This document shows, in pieces, positions 36,166 through 48,727 of a stretch of DNA of 51,554 nt. How positions within the stretch are numbered: position 1 is the first letter of the stretch; every line of letters begins with the position of its first letter. The translations under genes were made by a program, and so were the position numbers. Origin of the DNA: Catajapyx aquilonaris (lineage: Eukaryota); assembly GCA_000934665.2 (NCBI GenBank), contig JYFJ02002754.1:1-51554 (forward strand), read 5' to 3'. The notes under the pieces were generated by a model. It was given only the letters and a program-made list of their open reading frames with translations. It did no database searches and was not told the origin of the DNA.

Positions 36166-39141
36166 TGCGCTTATCTATAACTTACAGTATAACAGTCGGT
36201 ACGTACGACCTTTACTAAGATAAATATTCCGCCTTAAACTGGTAGATTGACGTCTGATCGAATAAATGTATATGGGAGATTTCCTTATACACAATATTGT
36301 TTATTTAGGTAATGTGCATCCTATGAATACGGGATTGTTCATAATTAACAGCTGCAGTTTTCATGTACAGGGGGATTCGCTGCCTAAATCCGCAGTCCAA
36401 GAAAGGCATGGAGAAGTTATGCATTGGGGACCCCTACTTCTCAGGATTTTTGCTTCTATGTAACGATTGCTAGAGAGAACAAGCTGAACTTCTCCTATCC
36501 CATTCATGAACTGCAGAATATGACATACAGGCCTGTAGCACCACCATGTAAGCCGAGTACATTAGGTATTACTGATTGAATTCGGACGATGTGATGACAA
36601 GGATACGTCTGCACATCACCTTACCGCTCTTTCTTGCCCGACATGAATGGTAATGTAACAAGAATAATCCCGGTAAAGAGAACAATGGTCCATACCCATT
36701 CGGCAGAGGAGGCAGCACTGCGATCTTGACTGAAGAGATGAAGGTGAGGGCCACCAGGGACAAGAGCCACTGAAGCATGGTTCCTTCCAATAGTCGACTC
36801 CCCGATACCTGCAAGAAGTTGTCGGTTCTGTAGACCGGAGACGAATGGCAGTCCTCAAGCTGTACTACTGCCACTTATCCTGCTCTTCTTTTGCCCCTAC
36901 CCTCTGCCACCCTGTCAGCCCCACCCTCCCCTATACATGTTACAAGTACCTGCCTCCCATCCTCCACCCTCCTCCACCACCACCACCAACGCCCAAGTAC
37001 AGTGCAATATCACCACCCCCACCTTCAGTCTATACTGTACCTGTCGGTACTTGGCACAATTCACCTATGTACACCTGACGTGGCTAGATCAGGACAGGGA
37101 TCAACCTTGCAGAGTTGCAACCACTCTTCCAGACGATAATTTTGCTGGCCTTCGCCATATTCAAATCGAGTTACACCTTAAATATGAGCTCTTGATACGA
37201 ACATTAGGATCGTGTATATAGCTTCCGGGTCTTGGCACTGGAGGAAAGTTGTAATTTTATTTTTGGGTATAGAATGAGGAATTTTGTGAGTTCCAACTCG
37301 TATGACGACGTAACATTCTGAATACTGACGCTGCACTGGCAAAGTCCCCAATTAAAAAAGGGGTTGAATAGTTTACCCCAGCAACCAGATGAAAGATAGG
37401 CAACAACCGTGAAAATTGAAAGCAGCACTGATTGTTCTGTCCGACCGATTTTTTCTTCTTCTAATGTATAAAACTGGGGTATGAAATCTATAACATGCCG
37501 TTCTATACTCCCTCATGAGCAGGAGACTTGGGCGGTACAGTACACCACCCAGTGTAATGTATGGGTTCAGTTGTTTATTGTGTATTGGTGACAGACAGGT
37601 ATTGTGTCTGATTGGCTATTTTAAGGGATGTGATAGGAGCTTGCTGTGGTATAGGATCAATCTGATGGCCCAATCTGCGTAACGCATTATCATGTATAGT
37701 AGTGGAAGCATCATAAATGCGATGATTGTTCCTGCACTATTTAGCTCCCCAGATCCGATATAATGTATGATTTTTCTCCCCAGTCATTATGCAGGCAAGC
37801 GACTTTACCTGCGTTTGTTTCACTCTTGATGATATCGTGATCGTGACAGATTGAACCGAGCGCTTGTTCTTTCGAGATATAAAACCGGCTTGATGCGCCT
37901 ACAGAAACAGAAAACGACGGTGTATTTGAGTCCTATTGTCGTACTCGTGAGAACTTCACATTTCAGCGTGCATGTTCAACATAGGCAAAGCTGCTGCCAG
38001 TCCAGGGCCACAATATATGGTAATAACCTCGGTAATAGCATCTGTTTATATGACAGTATTCCAGAAGGAGGACAGGTAAATGCGGCTAGATTCCACTTTT
38101 TCTGTCATACTGCGTGTGTATCCTGTATTGTTCCTTGTATATGCACATGTGTCCTCTATTTCGGTGCATATAGATGCAACTCTCTCACATTATTTTCTAC
38201 ATCCTTTACTCGGACAATCTTGTGCCTATACACCGTGGATAATCTGTCACGTTTATTAAAAGCCACACTCCCGTCAGTCACGGACGAGTGAACTTTGCGG
38301 CATTTCAGGGGGAAAAAGCGTAGAACAGTAGTCCAGACTCCCATTGTGCTGTCACGTCACCTTAACCACAGCCGAGGGCGAATTCTGCGACGTTAAGACA
38401 CTCTAAAAATGATTTCATAAAACTTCGTCCAAAGACGTAAGTATGGTCCAATGAAACTACACCCAAAGACATCTAGTGTCCGACGGAATTCTCGTCCAAT
38501 ATACCATTTTCGTCCAAAACTTTTTAACCAATGGCCTTCTTTATTGCTTATTGGTGAAAACAATAGGAAAGATAACTCTCCCATCAATGCTTCTTTGCCC
38601 TTTGGGATGAAAGGAAGATTGGACGAGAATTTCGTCGAAGGAAATGTGTTTCATCGGCCGAAAATGGTTTGGTCGAAATGTGGTGTGACCAGCATCCTAT
38701 ACGTCTGCTCTTTTTTGCGCCGGCAAAATTGCAATCCTCGCACGAACACAGTGTGTCATGCCTCATGCGTACCTATATCTTCACTTTTCCGTCATTTATT
38801 TCTCCTTATCCCAAGGCCTCTCTCTGAGCTGATCAGTTAAAGTCACGTATGTAATGGTCCGCCGTGTGCATAATCTAATCGGTCTCGACCGATATCGAAA
38901 GGCGCACCTAATAGTCCTGGGCGGGGTTCCCTGGTTTCCCCCAACACAAGATGATCATTCATATTCATTGCCCATGCGACGATGCAGTCTTGCGCTGAAT
39001 GACGGTGACGTCACTGTTCCACTGCGGATCAATATGGCGGCAGCGACGTCACCACTACAGGGGTGTCATCGTCTGAATTGACTGCGGCACTGTTGAAGAA
39101 GGTCCTTCTTGCGGAGAAGGGTCTCCGGATGTGACGTCGGG

Positions 39142-42100
39142 ATGGTACGGCCGTTTCTTCCGCGGTATGGCTCGGGGTACTCCCGGCTGCTGCCTCGGCT
39201 GGAGCGGCTGCAGCAGGATCTTACCAGGACCAACCGCAGGGCGGCTGAAGAGGAGGAGGACGAGGACGAGGAAGGGTTGCAGAGCAATGGGTACCACCGT
39301 CGAGGAGGAGGAGGAGGAGGATGGTCCTCGTGGGGAGAGGCGGTCGGACGGGGGCTGGGCGGCCCATGGGCGCTGGCCACCCTGCTGGCAGCCACCTCTC
39401 TGTCCACAGCCCCTTCGCACGCCCTACCATCGGCCCTGCTGGCCTTCCTGTCCAGCCTGGTGTCCGGGCTGTGCTTCCTGGAGATGGAGACTGTCTGGAG
39501 GAAGGGCAGGCCGGCGCCCAACCTGTACCGGGCAGTCTTCGGCACCCTGGGGGAGTTCCCGGCCTTCGTGGTCGGATGGGCTTGGGTCTGCTGCATGGCC
39601 TGTTCCCAGGCAGGGGCGGCCAGGGCTGTCACGGCCCTGGTCGACTCGGCCTGCGGAGGACACCTCAGGCAGCTGGGGGTCTCGCTCTTCGGACCCGAGT
39701 CGCCACTAGGGTTCTTCTTGGACTTTCCAGCCTTTGCTGTTGCCGCCCTTCCATCCATTCTATGCGCCTGTGGACTTGAGGTATTCCATGGAGAGGTCAA
39801 AGACTCATATGGTAGTACTAGCTGCACTATCAGTTAGGATGGTCCTGTGAGGGTTTGATACAAATGAACACAAATTGGAAAAATTCTTCGATTGTGTACA
39901 TGTATTTACCGTAGGCCACACATAATCGTGTTTTTTTTTTTAAATAAATGCATTGATACGAGCATTTGACCTTCGTTGAGGCACAGATGGAAGTAGGATG
40001 CCAACCAATATTGTTTGCAACAATACACCTATCAATTAATAACGAGGATAGATCTGCAAGTCCAATCTCCCTTCAATTGTGCAATCAGGGCAGTGGGTGA
40101 TTTTTTATATATACCTCTGTAATCTTTCCATAGTACAGTACCTACCCTATATTATATAAGTAGCCCTGAACTGATGAGCATGATAATGCGTGATTCATGG
40201 TACGTAGTACCAAACTTTGGCCTACATTTCATCAAAACATATCACCTGCTACTGGCTGTATACAACCATCAATGATAATATTGCTATTGGGCCATGTTTC
40301 TTTAGCAGTGTTATCAGGTGTTATCTAATCGGGAAATTTTTCTAATAAATAAAAGATAAAGTACGGTGGCGGTATTTCCACCTTCACCTGCTTGTGCCAG
40401 ATGTCCATTTATCCTGGAACACTGCAACACTCAAGGCATGACACTTTTCCTTAACTGACAAGGTTATTAGTATAACTATCTTGAAACTTGGCAGGGAGGA
40501 AACTTTCGCAAGTTTGTCCTGCTCTTGGAAAGCCTTACTGATGCTCTCCAGTCATGATCATCATGTGGTACATTAGGCAATGCTGCTCAAGAATAATGTG
40601 TCTATCTATGCACAGACAATAATAATTAAGTATTACTTTTAGTGCTATTCACTGTGTCATACTTGATGTTGCAAGTAGTCACATCAACAAAATACTGTAT
40701 CCTTTTCTTGAGTGTTTGGTAATTATTTTGCAACACCAAAATGCTTTGAAATATATAGTAATATCATGTATCTTTGGCACAGGACTCACCATTGCTTCGT
40801 CTAGGCCTCAACACAGGAGTTGCATTAGCAACAGTTACCATAACTCTAACTGGACTTACAGCCCCTGAGCCCACTTCCCTTCCTCCAGTACAGGACACAA
40901 GCCTGGCATACTCTGTAAGTATATGCACATTAGCCTACATGAATGTGCCGGTTCAAATGTCCAAGCAGAGTATGTATCCGACTAACAAGAACTTTACCAT
41001 TTTCAGCTTCTGCATGGAGCTGGTGTACTAAGCTTGGGATGCATTGGAGTTTGGGGTGTTGGAGGACAAGCAAGAAGGTTTCATCGCCCACGAGCTGTCC
41101 TGTCCACATCTGTGGCCTTGGGGTTGTCAGCTTCACTGCTCTCAACAATGGCTATTGCTTCTGTGCTGCCCCTTTGGGCCACCTCTGCCCCACTGGCAGC
41201 ATCAGAGCAATCACTTGGTGTCGGAGCAGCCTCTGAATGTCCCCTTGCTGCCCTTTTGGCCCCTAGAGAAGGACCAGGGGCCAAGCATGGGGTGTGGTGG
41301 TGGTTGAGATTGGCTTCTGTGTGTCTGAGCATCTGGAGTGTTGGTTTGGCACTGGTAGAGGCAAGTCTCGGGGTGAAGGCTGGGGTGGTGAGGATGGCCA
41401 GGGATGGACTGCTGCATAGGAAGTTGGCAGACATCAGCCAGTCTACAGGAGCACCCATTAGGGCCGTGTTGGCCTTTGGTGGAGCCTCAGCATCCCTTGC
41501 TCTGCTGCTTGACCTACCCACATTGATTGGTATGGCAGCCTCTGCAGCACTTGTCACTCAGGTAGCCTACAAGTTGTTTTCCAAACATAAGGATTTTGGG
41601 AATCTGTGAAAAAATTTGATTTTGAAGTGGAAACATGCACAGGATATTAATTTGTTGCCCTTACATGATAATTTTAAAGCTATGACTATGACTAATCAAT
41701 CTTGTAAGGGAAGGCTTCCTAAGGGTGCGAGCCCATGGAATAAACAAATAATAATAATAATATGACTAATCAAAAATGTGTTTTGCAGATACTACTTTGC
41801 ACTGTGGCACTGCAGCTGAGATACCAGACGGATGTTGTGACACCTCCATCGCCAGTATTGCCGGACCCTGAAACTGTACGAGAAAGTCGCAACCAGGCTG
41901 TGGTCTGTTTTTTAAAGGATGGGTTTCAGGACTTGCCTACAACTATTGTCGATGAGGAAGATTATGCTGGTGGTGCCTGTAGTGTTGCTAACAGTGCAGG
42001 TGAATCCAGCAGCAGTGGCCATCGCAAAGCATCAACATCATCGTGGTCATCTTCAGGAGCATCGACAGCATCAACCCTGCCATGCACTGCCTTGTTGGGC

Positions 42101-43761
42101 ACCACTGAAGAAGGGCCACCATTAAAGAGATCAGAGGTTGCATTAAGCCGACTCCCACTACTTGATGAATCACCATCTAGCGGACTGGACACAGACTCCT
42201 CCGAGTCAGATGATTCAGATGAGACTGACATTGATGCTGTTGTGGCTGAATATGTTGAGCGGGTTGGAGTTGCAACCCTGACTGGGCTTGGCTCAGGTGC
42301 AACAGCGACACCAGCCACAGCCAGACGTGTGTCCCTTGCACTTGTGGCTCTGTTGGCCTGTGCAGCTGCCCAAGCACTAGCACTAGCCCCTGGGCCTGCC
42401 CCAGGACAGCAGAGATCTTCTTCCCCTCCCTCTGCCCTCGCCCTGCAATTGGCAACTGCTCTGGTTGCATTCCTGCTTCTGGCACTCATCCTAAGGCAGC
42501 CGCAGAGGAGGCCACCCACCCGGGTTCAGCCTGGGGGAGGGCCTTGGGTCTGGGTGCCCCTCTGCCCCTGGTCACATGCAGCTGCTCTCTTCCTCAATGC
42601 AGTGTTGCTGCTTTGTGGGCTGAGAGATTCCGCCCTCTTCTCTGCAGCGTGGTGGGGCATAGGTCAGTGCAGACATGTCATGGTACAAAAAAATAGCCTC
42701 CTAATATCTGGAAATCAGAGGATTGCTTGCTTTGTCTGGTGTTTTTTGATGAGGCAGGGAGGTTGTAACTAGTTGATGCAATGCAAATGTGATATAACAG
42801 AATGGTGCAATTGGATATTCACTTACCTGGCACATCCTTGCTACATTTTCAATAAGGGGCAATCTCATGATCCCCAGATCATAGATGCGCACACACCTCT
42901 GCATTTTTTGTCTCTCACAGATACATGTTTGACCTCAAGCCATTGTTGCTATGTCATCAGCTTGATGTTCATGGAATTGTTAATAATGGTTTTCATATTT
43001 TAAATGGTTACCTGATTTAGGTATCGTACTTTCAAAGTGATATGTTGAGATTTAGAGAAATATTTTTGTTACATGTAGTTTTATTTTTCATTCTGGTTTT
43101 AAATATAATTTGCTTTTACTAGTGCAATTTAGCACCGCTTTTGGTATTTAATTTCCACCTCACTCTGCAACAGGCTTAGTTATATTATTGTAGAGATTAC
43201 TAGTATGAAGAGCTCTTGCTAGTATACTGTGTTGGTTTTTAAAATGGATTGTCAATGAAACAGTTAATGACATGAAATTCAGAACATTCAGAGTCACATA
43301 TTGGTCAAAATAATATTGGTAAAATGTCGTAAAGTGTGGCTCTAATATTGTTCTGTATTTCAGGTCTTCAATAATTATTATTACCTGTCATTATCCCAAG
43401 ATTTATGTTCCTGAAAAATATAACTTGCTTCGTATCTTCACACGGGATAATAGCATATATTACATGGCGTCAATGTGTGGGACACACTTTATTCAATCTC
43501 GTTACTGATTACATTTCAGGCCTAATAGTGTACTTCAGTTATGGGATCCACCACAGTGTGGCTGCTACATCCTCACTGTTGCTGTCTTCTCCCGATGGCT
43601 CGTTGCAAGAGCGATGCAGTAGCAGGCGCAGAAGACCTTACCTCCATGTCAAAAAACCCTCCTGTCTGATCTCACAAGCCATTGCCAGGAGAGAAGCAGA
43701 TGGAGAGGACAGTGACTACCAGCACCTGACTCGTGTTGACACAATCCTAATTGCCAGGTGA
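39142..43761 (+). CDS. Divergent SLC7 cationic amino-acid transporter-like membrane protein (SLC7A14-like architecture), ~813 aa
   Basis: Exons 39142-39780, 40783-40914, 41007-41561, 41789-42662 and 43520-43761 join in frame. CAT-family segments: LSGLC-like LVSGLCFLE, GEFPAFVVGW, MARDGLLHRKLA...TGAP, ALQLRYQ, WVPLCPW, GLIVYFSYGIHHS. A long acidic Ser-rich insertion is present. Confidence 0.8.
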
Positions 43762-45768
43762 CACTCCTCCTTCCAGCCATCATCATCCCCCATCTTTTCT
43801 CTCTCTCAATTAATGCAATAACATAGCTTCACAATGTACTCACCGTTGTTGAATCTCTGCTGCAGTGTAAGGGCCTTGGTAGGTGAACTCGAGCCGAACG
43901 AACAAACCAGTCCCAAATAAATAAGGATTTGTCCATTTGGCTCAAGTCAGCTACTGCGGGCATGTTTTTTGCTGGTATCCAACATAAAGTCTGCTGGCCG
44001 AATGGATCAGACGTGCTGACACTACACCTTTTGCTCTTTCCCCTACATACGTATATTTTCCTTGCACCTGGACACGTGTGCACTATTCATCACCTCATAT
44101 CCATTACAGCCCTCACCCCCACCCCACTCGACTTCAACATATGCAGCTCTCTGTGTTGTTTTCTCTTCACATGTAAATGGATTTTAAAAAGCAATATTAA
44201 ATCCACCATATACACGACGACATTGTGGTTTTCATAATTAACTTTTAGGTAGTTTTAATTGTGCGGGAAACGGTTTGATGTGTATCATTTTGTCTGCAGA
44301 GGTAAGAAAGCTGGTTAAAATGCACATCTGGCAGTACAAAAAAGATGAGATGCAAGTGTTCGGTTGATTGATGGCAGGTTCTTTCCACACCAGCACCTGT
44401 CCATTGCAGGGAGAATGTAGGGCAAAAAAGGGGAGGAAAAAAAAAAAAAGAAGGAAAGGCGAAACTAGGTAGGATGGCACAGTCAAGCAGGTAGCTGAAT
44501 AAAGAGGAAGCAGCTATGCATAAATTACCAATAAAATTTATTCAGCATTAATTAGTATATCTGTCACTTTATTCCCTTCAAGGTACCAATTCCTAGAAAT
44601 TCGATGTCAGTGCCATTTTATGAACTGTAATTATCGGTAATTATAGATGCAATGGTATCATCGGAAATGTTAAATAGGTTTTATCCCTCGGTACGTATGA
44701 GCGTGTATGAGCCAATAAAATGCTGCATTTGTTTTTTTTTGATTATCCAGTAACCCACCCTAAAATAATTGCACTATGACGTAACCATGGACGTAACCGT
44801 CTTGCGCAATTTGAGCATTAGCGCGTCATGGTTGCCAGGCGAATTGACCGCAACGGTGCCACGTTTTTAATTACAAACGTTTTATCGAGAAAATGGGCAT
44901 AATTAATTCTTCTTGCTAAAAATAGCAATTGAGACTATTACAATCGGATTAATTTCACGTTCTATTTGTTCGATTGCACAGGAGGAATCGGATGTTGCAC
45001 CACTGCAAGCCACGTTGCCAAACTTCCCACTGGACTGTTTTTTTCCAAGTCCGTTTCTATTTTCTCTTTTTCTCGAGCGTCACCGTCCACTGAATTCTAT
45101 TCGTCACTGTTCAGATTACGTCCATTTTACGTGGCATCGTCCGACAATTACAGTGCCTGGCGCCTTGTGGTGCACTCCAAAGAGTGGGTGGGAAGCAGGG
45201 CACAGTGGCAACCCCGCCTGCCTGACTCGGTTCCTTCCTTCTTTTTGTGGTCCCCTGTGTGTCGGGTGAGTTTTCCTCGGGCTCTTGCGGGACTTTATTT
45301 TTTTACGTAATTACTTAGCCACATACTGAGCCAGGTCCACACAAAAATCCAGACGTAAAGTTACAACAATCGCGTTGGGAAAAAAATATATAATTGTAAT
45401 GGGCAATATTGGTGATGTGGTCATAATTCGCAGAAATAATTATTTAAAAAAAAAATCGCAGTGATCAGTCACGTCAGAGGTAGGCTGCCTGCATTTTAGT
45501 GGGAGTGCAGTTTTTTGTATTTTTAGAAAGTGTCCTTTTTGATGCAGTGACGCCCAGGTTGAGATATCGATTTTTTTTAAAGTTGTGGGCTCAATTTTAG
45601 CATAGAATTAGTCATGAGATTTCATTTAATGTGCTTTTTCTTTGTGCAGTGTGGGGATCCGACGTTTTAAGAAAACATTTTAGTTGCCACTCCAGTGGAA
45701 GCTCAACCGATAGCCTGAGAGCCTTTGAGTGAAGCAGCAAAACTCGAGGAGTTTTTAAACACTGCAAG

Positions 45769-48727
45769 ATGCCGTCTGACGCAAAGAAGAAGCGGGCGGA
45801 GAAGAAGCGGGAAGCCGCCAAGGCGAGGAATGCACCCAAGAAGCAGCAGCCCAAGGCGGAGAGCAATGGGATCAGCAATGGGGATAAAGAGGAGGCTGTT
45901 AGCCAGGAAGGTGAGCTCATACTATGTTCACATACTCAGTTGGCATTGTACGGGAGTGAACTAATGAAGGTTCGAAGCATCAGGAGTTGGCAGTACTTAC
46001 AATCTATATGTTTTCCAGAACTTCTGTGCCGCAAGCTTGAGGAGGATGCCTGTTTAAACTCCAAAGCTCGGAGCTGTACTGGGGTCCTGGCCGTGCACCC
46101 TCGCAGCCGTGATGTTAAGATTGGGACCCTTTCTCTGACTTTCCATGGATGCGAGTTGTTGCAAGACACCACATTGGAGTTGAACTGTGGGCGGCGGTAC
46201 GGCTTGGTAGGCTTGAACGGGTCTGGAAAGTCCAGCCTGTTAGCTGCCCTTGGGAATCGAGAGCTCCCTATTCAAGATCATGTGGACATATACCACCTCA
46301 CTAGGGAGATCCCTGCTTCAGACAAGAGTGCACTGCAGGTTGTGGTCGAGGTCGATGAGGAGAGGACTCGACTTGAGAAGTTGGCGGAGGAATTGGCACA
46401 TCAAGACGACGAAGGTTGGTTCATTCTCATGGTCCATTGGCACTAAAGCATCAATTATTTTGAGTTTGCTGGCAATGTAAAATTAAGGTTGCGGAAGATT
46501 CAGAGTGTCATTTTATTTTTAAATGTTGCAGAGTCGCAAGAGCAATTGCTAGATGTCTATGAGCGAATGGAAGAGATCAACGCAGACTGTGCTGAAGCAA
46601 AAGCAGCCTACATCTTGAATGGGCTGGGGTTCAGCAGGGAAATGCAGCTGAAGCCATGCAAGGACTTCAGCGGAGGATGGAGAATGCGCATTGCCTTGGC
46701 ACGAGCCTTGTATGTGCGCCCCCATCTTCTCCTGCTCGACGAACCCACCAACCATCTCGATTTAGATGCATGCGTGTGGCTGGAGGAAGAGCTCAAGACG
46801 TACAAGCGAATTCTGGTCGTGATCTCTCACTCGCAGGATTTCCTCAACGGTGTGTGTACCAACATCATCCACCTCAACAAGTGCAGGCTCAAGTATTACG
46901 GGGTGAGTTTTGTTCAAGCTTTGCAGAATATACATTCAGAATAATCAGTGAACTAATGTACAATTGCTTTTACAGGGGAATTACGATGCATTTGTGCAAA
47001 CTAATATAGAGCTGCTGGAGAACCAGATGAAGCAGTACAAGTGGGAACAGGATCAGATTGCGCACATGAAGGTGAATCTTGTGACGTTTGAATGCATTCT
47101 AATGATTATTATTACCAGTGCTAAAACATTAGCTGGATTCAGCTGGCGTGCTATAACATCCACATTCAGGAACATGTACATCACATGTTCCTGAATGAGG
47201 ATGTTACAGCACACGAGCTCAGATGAGATGTAAAGTAAATTTTTGCCTTTTTGTACTTGTGGACATGAGACATGAGCATGGAGGAGTGATGACATTGAAG
47301 GCCGAGGAATTGAGCTTCTCTGATGGTTCTGGTTGGCCCCAAAATAATGATTTGGATGGCCCCGGACTCCCAGAGTACTCAATGATCACACAGGAAGCGA
47401 TACCAATTTGTTACCTGACCTCCATGCTCTTTCCAGACACAGCAAAGACATTTATAAACAACCTGATCCTCCATTAATCCTTGCCACACTCGTCATTCGT
47501 ATCCCTTGATTTGTTTAAATGCAGCTTTTTGCAATGATATTTAAAATTTTAGAGATGCCTACCTTGCACGAGCCAAGAGTAGGAGTATTTAAGCCTATTA
47601 CGCACGTGTTTCTGAATTAGACTTTGATCTGCCTAATCTAGTTGGATGAAAAGTGAGACCCTGCTAGTCCATGTTTCTGAATATGATCTTTGGAATATTG
47701 GTGCTAGTTGTGTTTCTAGCCTGTGAATTAATACAGAGGTATTGAAAGTGTAATATTATTGTACACTTCACAATTGTCATTTTAAATTTCTTTCACCAGA
47801 ACTACATTGCCCGATTTGGTCATGGCAGTGCAAAGCTCGCTCGCCAGGCCCAGAGCAAGGAGAAAACTCTAGCCAAGATGGTGAACAAGGGCCTGACGGA
47901 CAAGGTGGTGTCAGATCGCATTGTTCACTTCTACTTCCCATCCTGTGGGAGTATACCCCCACCTGTCATCATGGTCCAGAATGTCAGCTTTCGCTACACT
48001 GGGAGTGGTCCATGGATCTACCGAGGCCTGGAGTTTGGAATCGATCTGGACACGCGCTTGGCCCTAGTGGGCCCAAATGGTGCAGGAAAGTCCACGCTCC
48101 TGAAACTGCTGTATGGGGAGCTGGTTCCAACAGAGGGCATGATCCGCAAGAACTCACATCTGCGCATTGCTCGCTACCATCAGCACCTGCACGAGCTGCT
48201 GGATCTGGACCTGTCTCCCCTGGAGTACATGATGAAGAGCTTTCCAGAGGTGAAGGAAAAGGAGGATATGCGCAAGATCATTGGAAGGTATGGGTTGACT
48301 GGCCGTCAGCAGATCTGCCCTATCCGACAACTGAGCGATGGGCAAAGGTGCAGGGTGGTGTTTGCATATTTGGCCTGGCAGGCACCGCACCTCTTGCTGC
48401 TGGACGAGCCTACCAACCATCTCGACATGGAGACCATAGATTCTCTGGCCGAGGCCATTGCAGACTTCGAGGGAGGAATGGTGTTGGTATCTCACGACTT
48501 CAGGCTCATCAGTCAGGTGGGTAGTCAGAGGTTTGCATTGGAAGGTTGGATTGTTTGGCTTTATTGGTACAAATGTTCAATTGTTTCAGGTGGCAGAGGA
48601 GATCTGGGTGTGCGAGAAGGAGATGGTGACCAAGTGGCAAGGGGACATTGTCAGTTACAAAGATCACCTGAGGCAGAAGGTGATGAACGAGAGTGCGAGA
48701 GTGCAACGGCTTTACAAGAAAGACTAG
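45769..48727 (+). CDS. ABCF2: ATP-binding cassette sub-family F member 2, ~619 aa
   Basis: Exons 45769-45910, 46019-46414, 46532-46902, 46976-47071, 47800-48516 and 48590-48727. MPSDAKKK N-terminus and two nucleotide-binding domains ([52 protein letters not shown]). No transmembrane domain. Confidence 0.96.
47141..47219. repeat. 37-bp near-perfect hairpin in an ABCF2 intron
   Basis: Arms 47141-47177 and 47183-47219, with 4 mismatches and a 5-nt loop. Confidence 0.85.
47274..47429 (+). ncRNA. Intronic box C/D snoRNA/scaRNA candidate
   Basis: Perfect 11-bp terminal stem GAGCATGGAGG (47274-84) / CCTCCATGCTC (47419-29). It brackets box C GTGATGA (47286-92) and box D CTGA (47415-18) in canonical geometry. 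There is a long internal hairpin and a C'-like ATGATCA (47382-88). It lies on the sense strand of an intron of a translation-related host gene. Confidence 0.82.

Noticed and set aside
38393..38680. Transposon remnant with repeated TCGTCCAA/TTCGTCGAA motifs in both orientations
   Set aside because: Suggestive of MITE subterminal repeats, but I could not define TIRs or a TSD.
39034..39141. Stop-codon readthrough (TGA-CTG) from ATG 39034 into the in-frame SLC7 ORF
   Set aside because: A second in-frame TGA at 39094 blocks it, so it is treated as a simple uORF.
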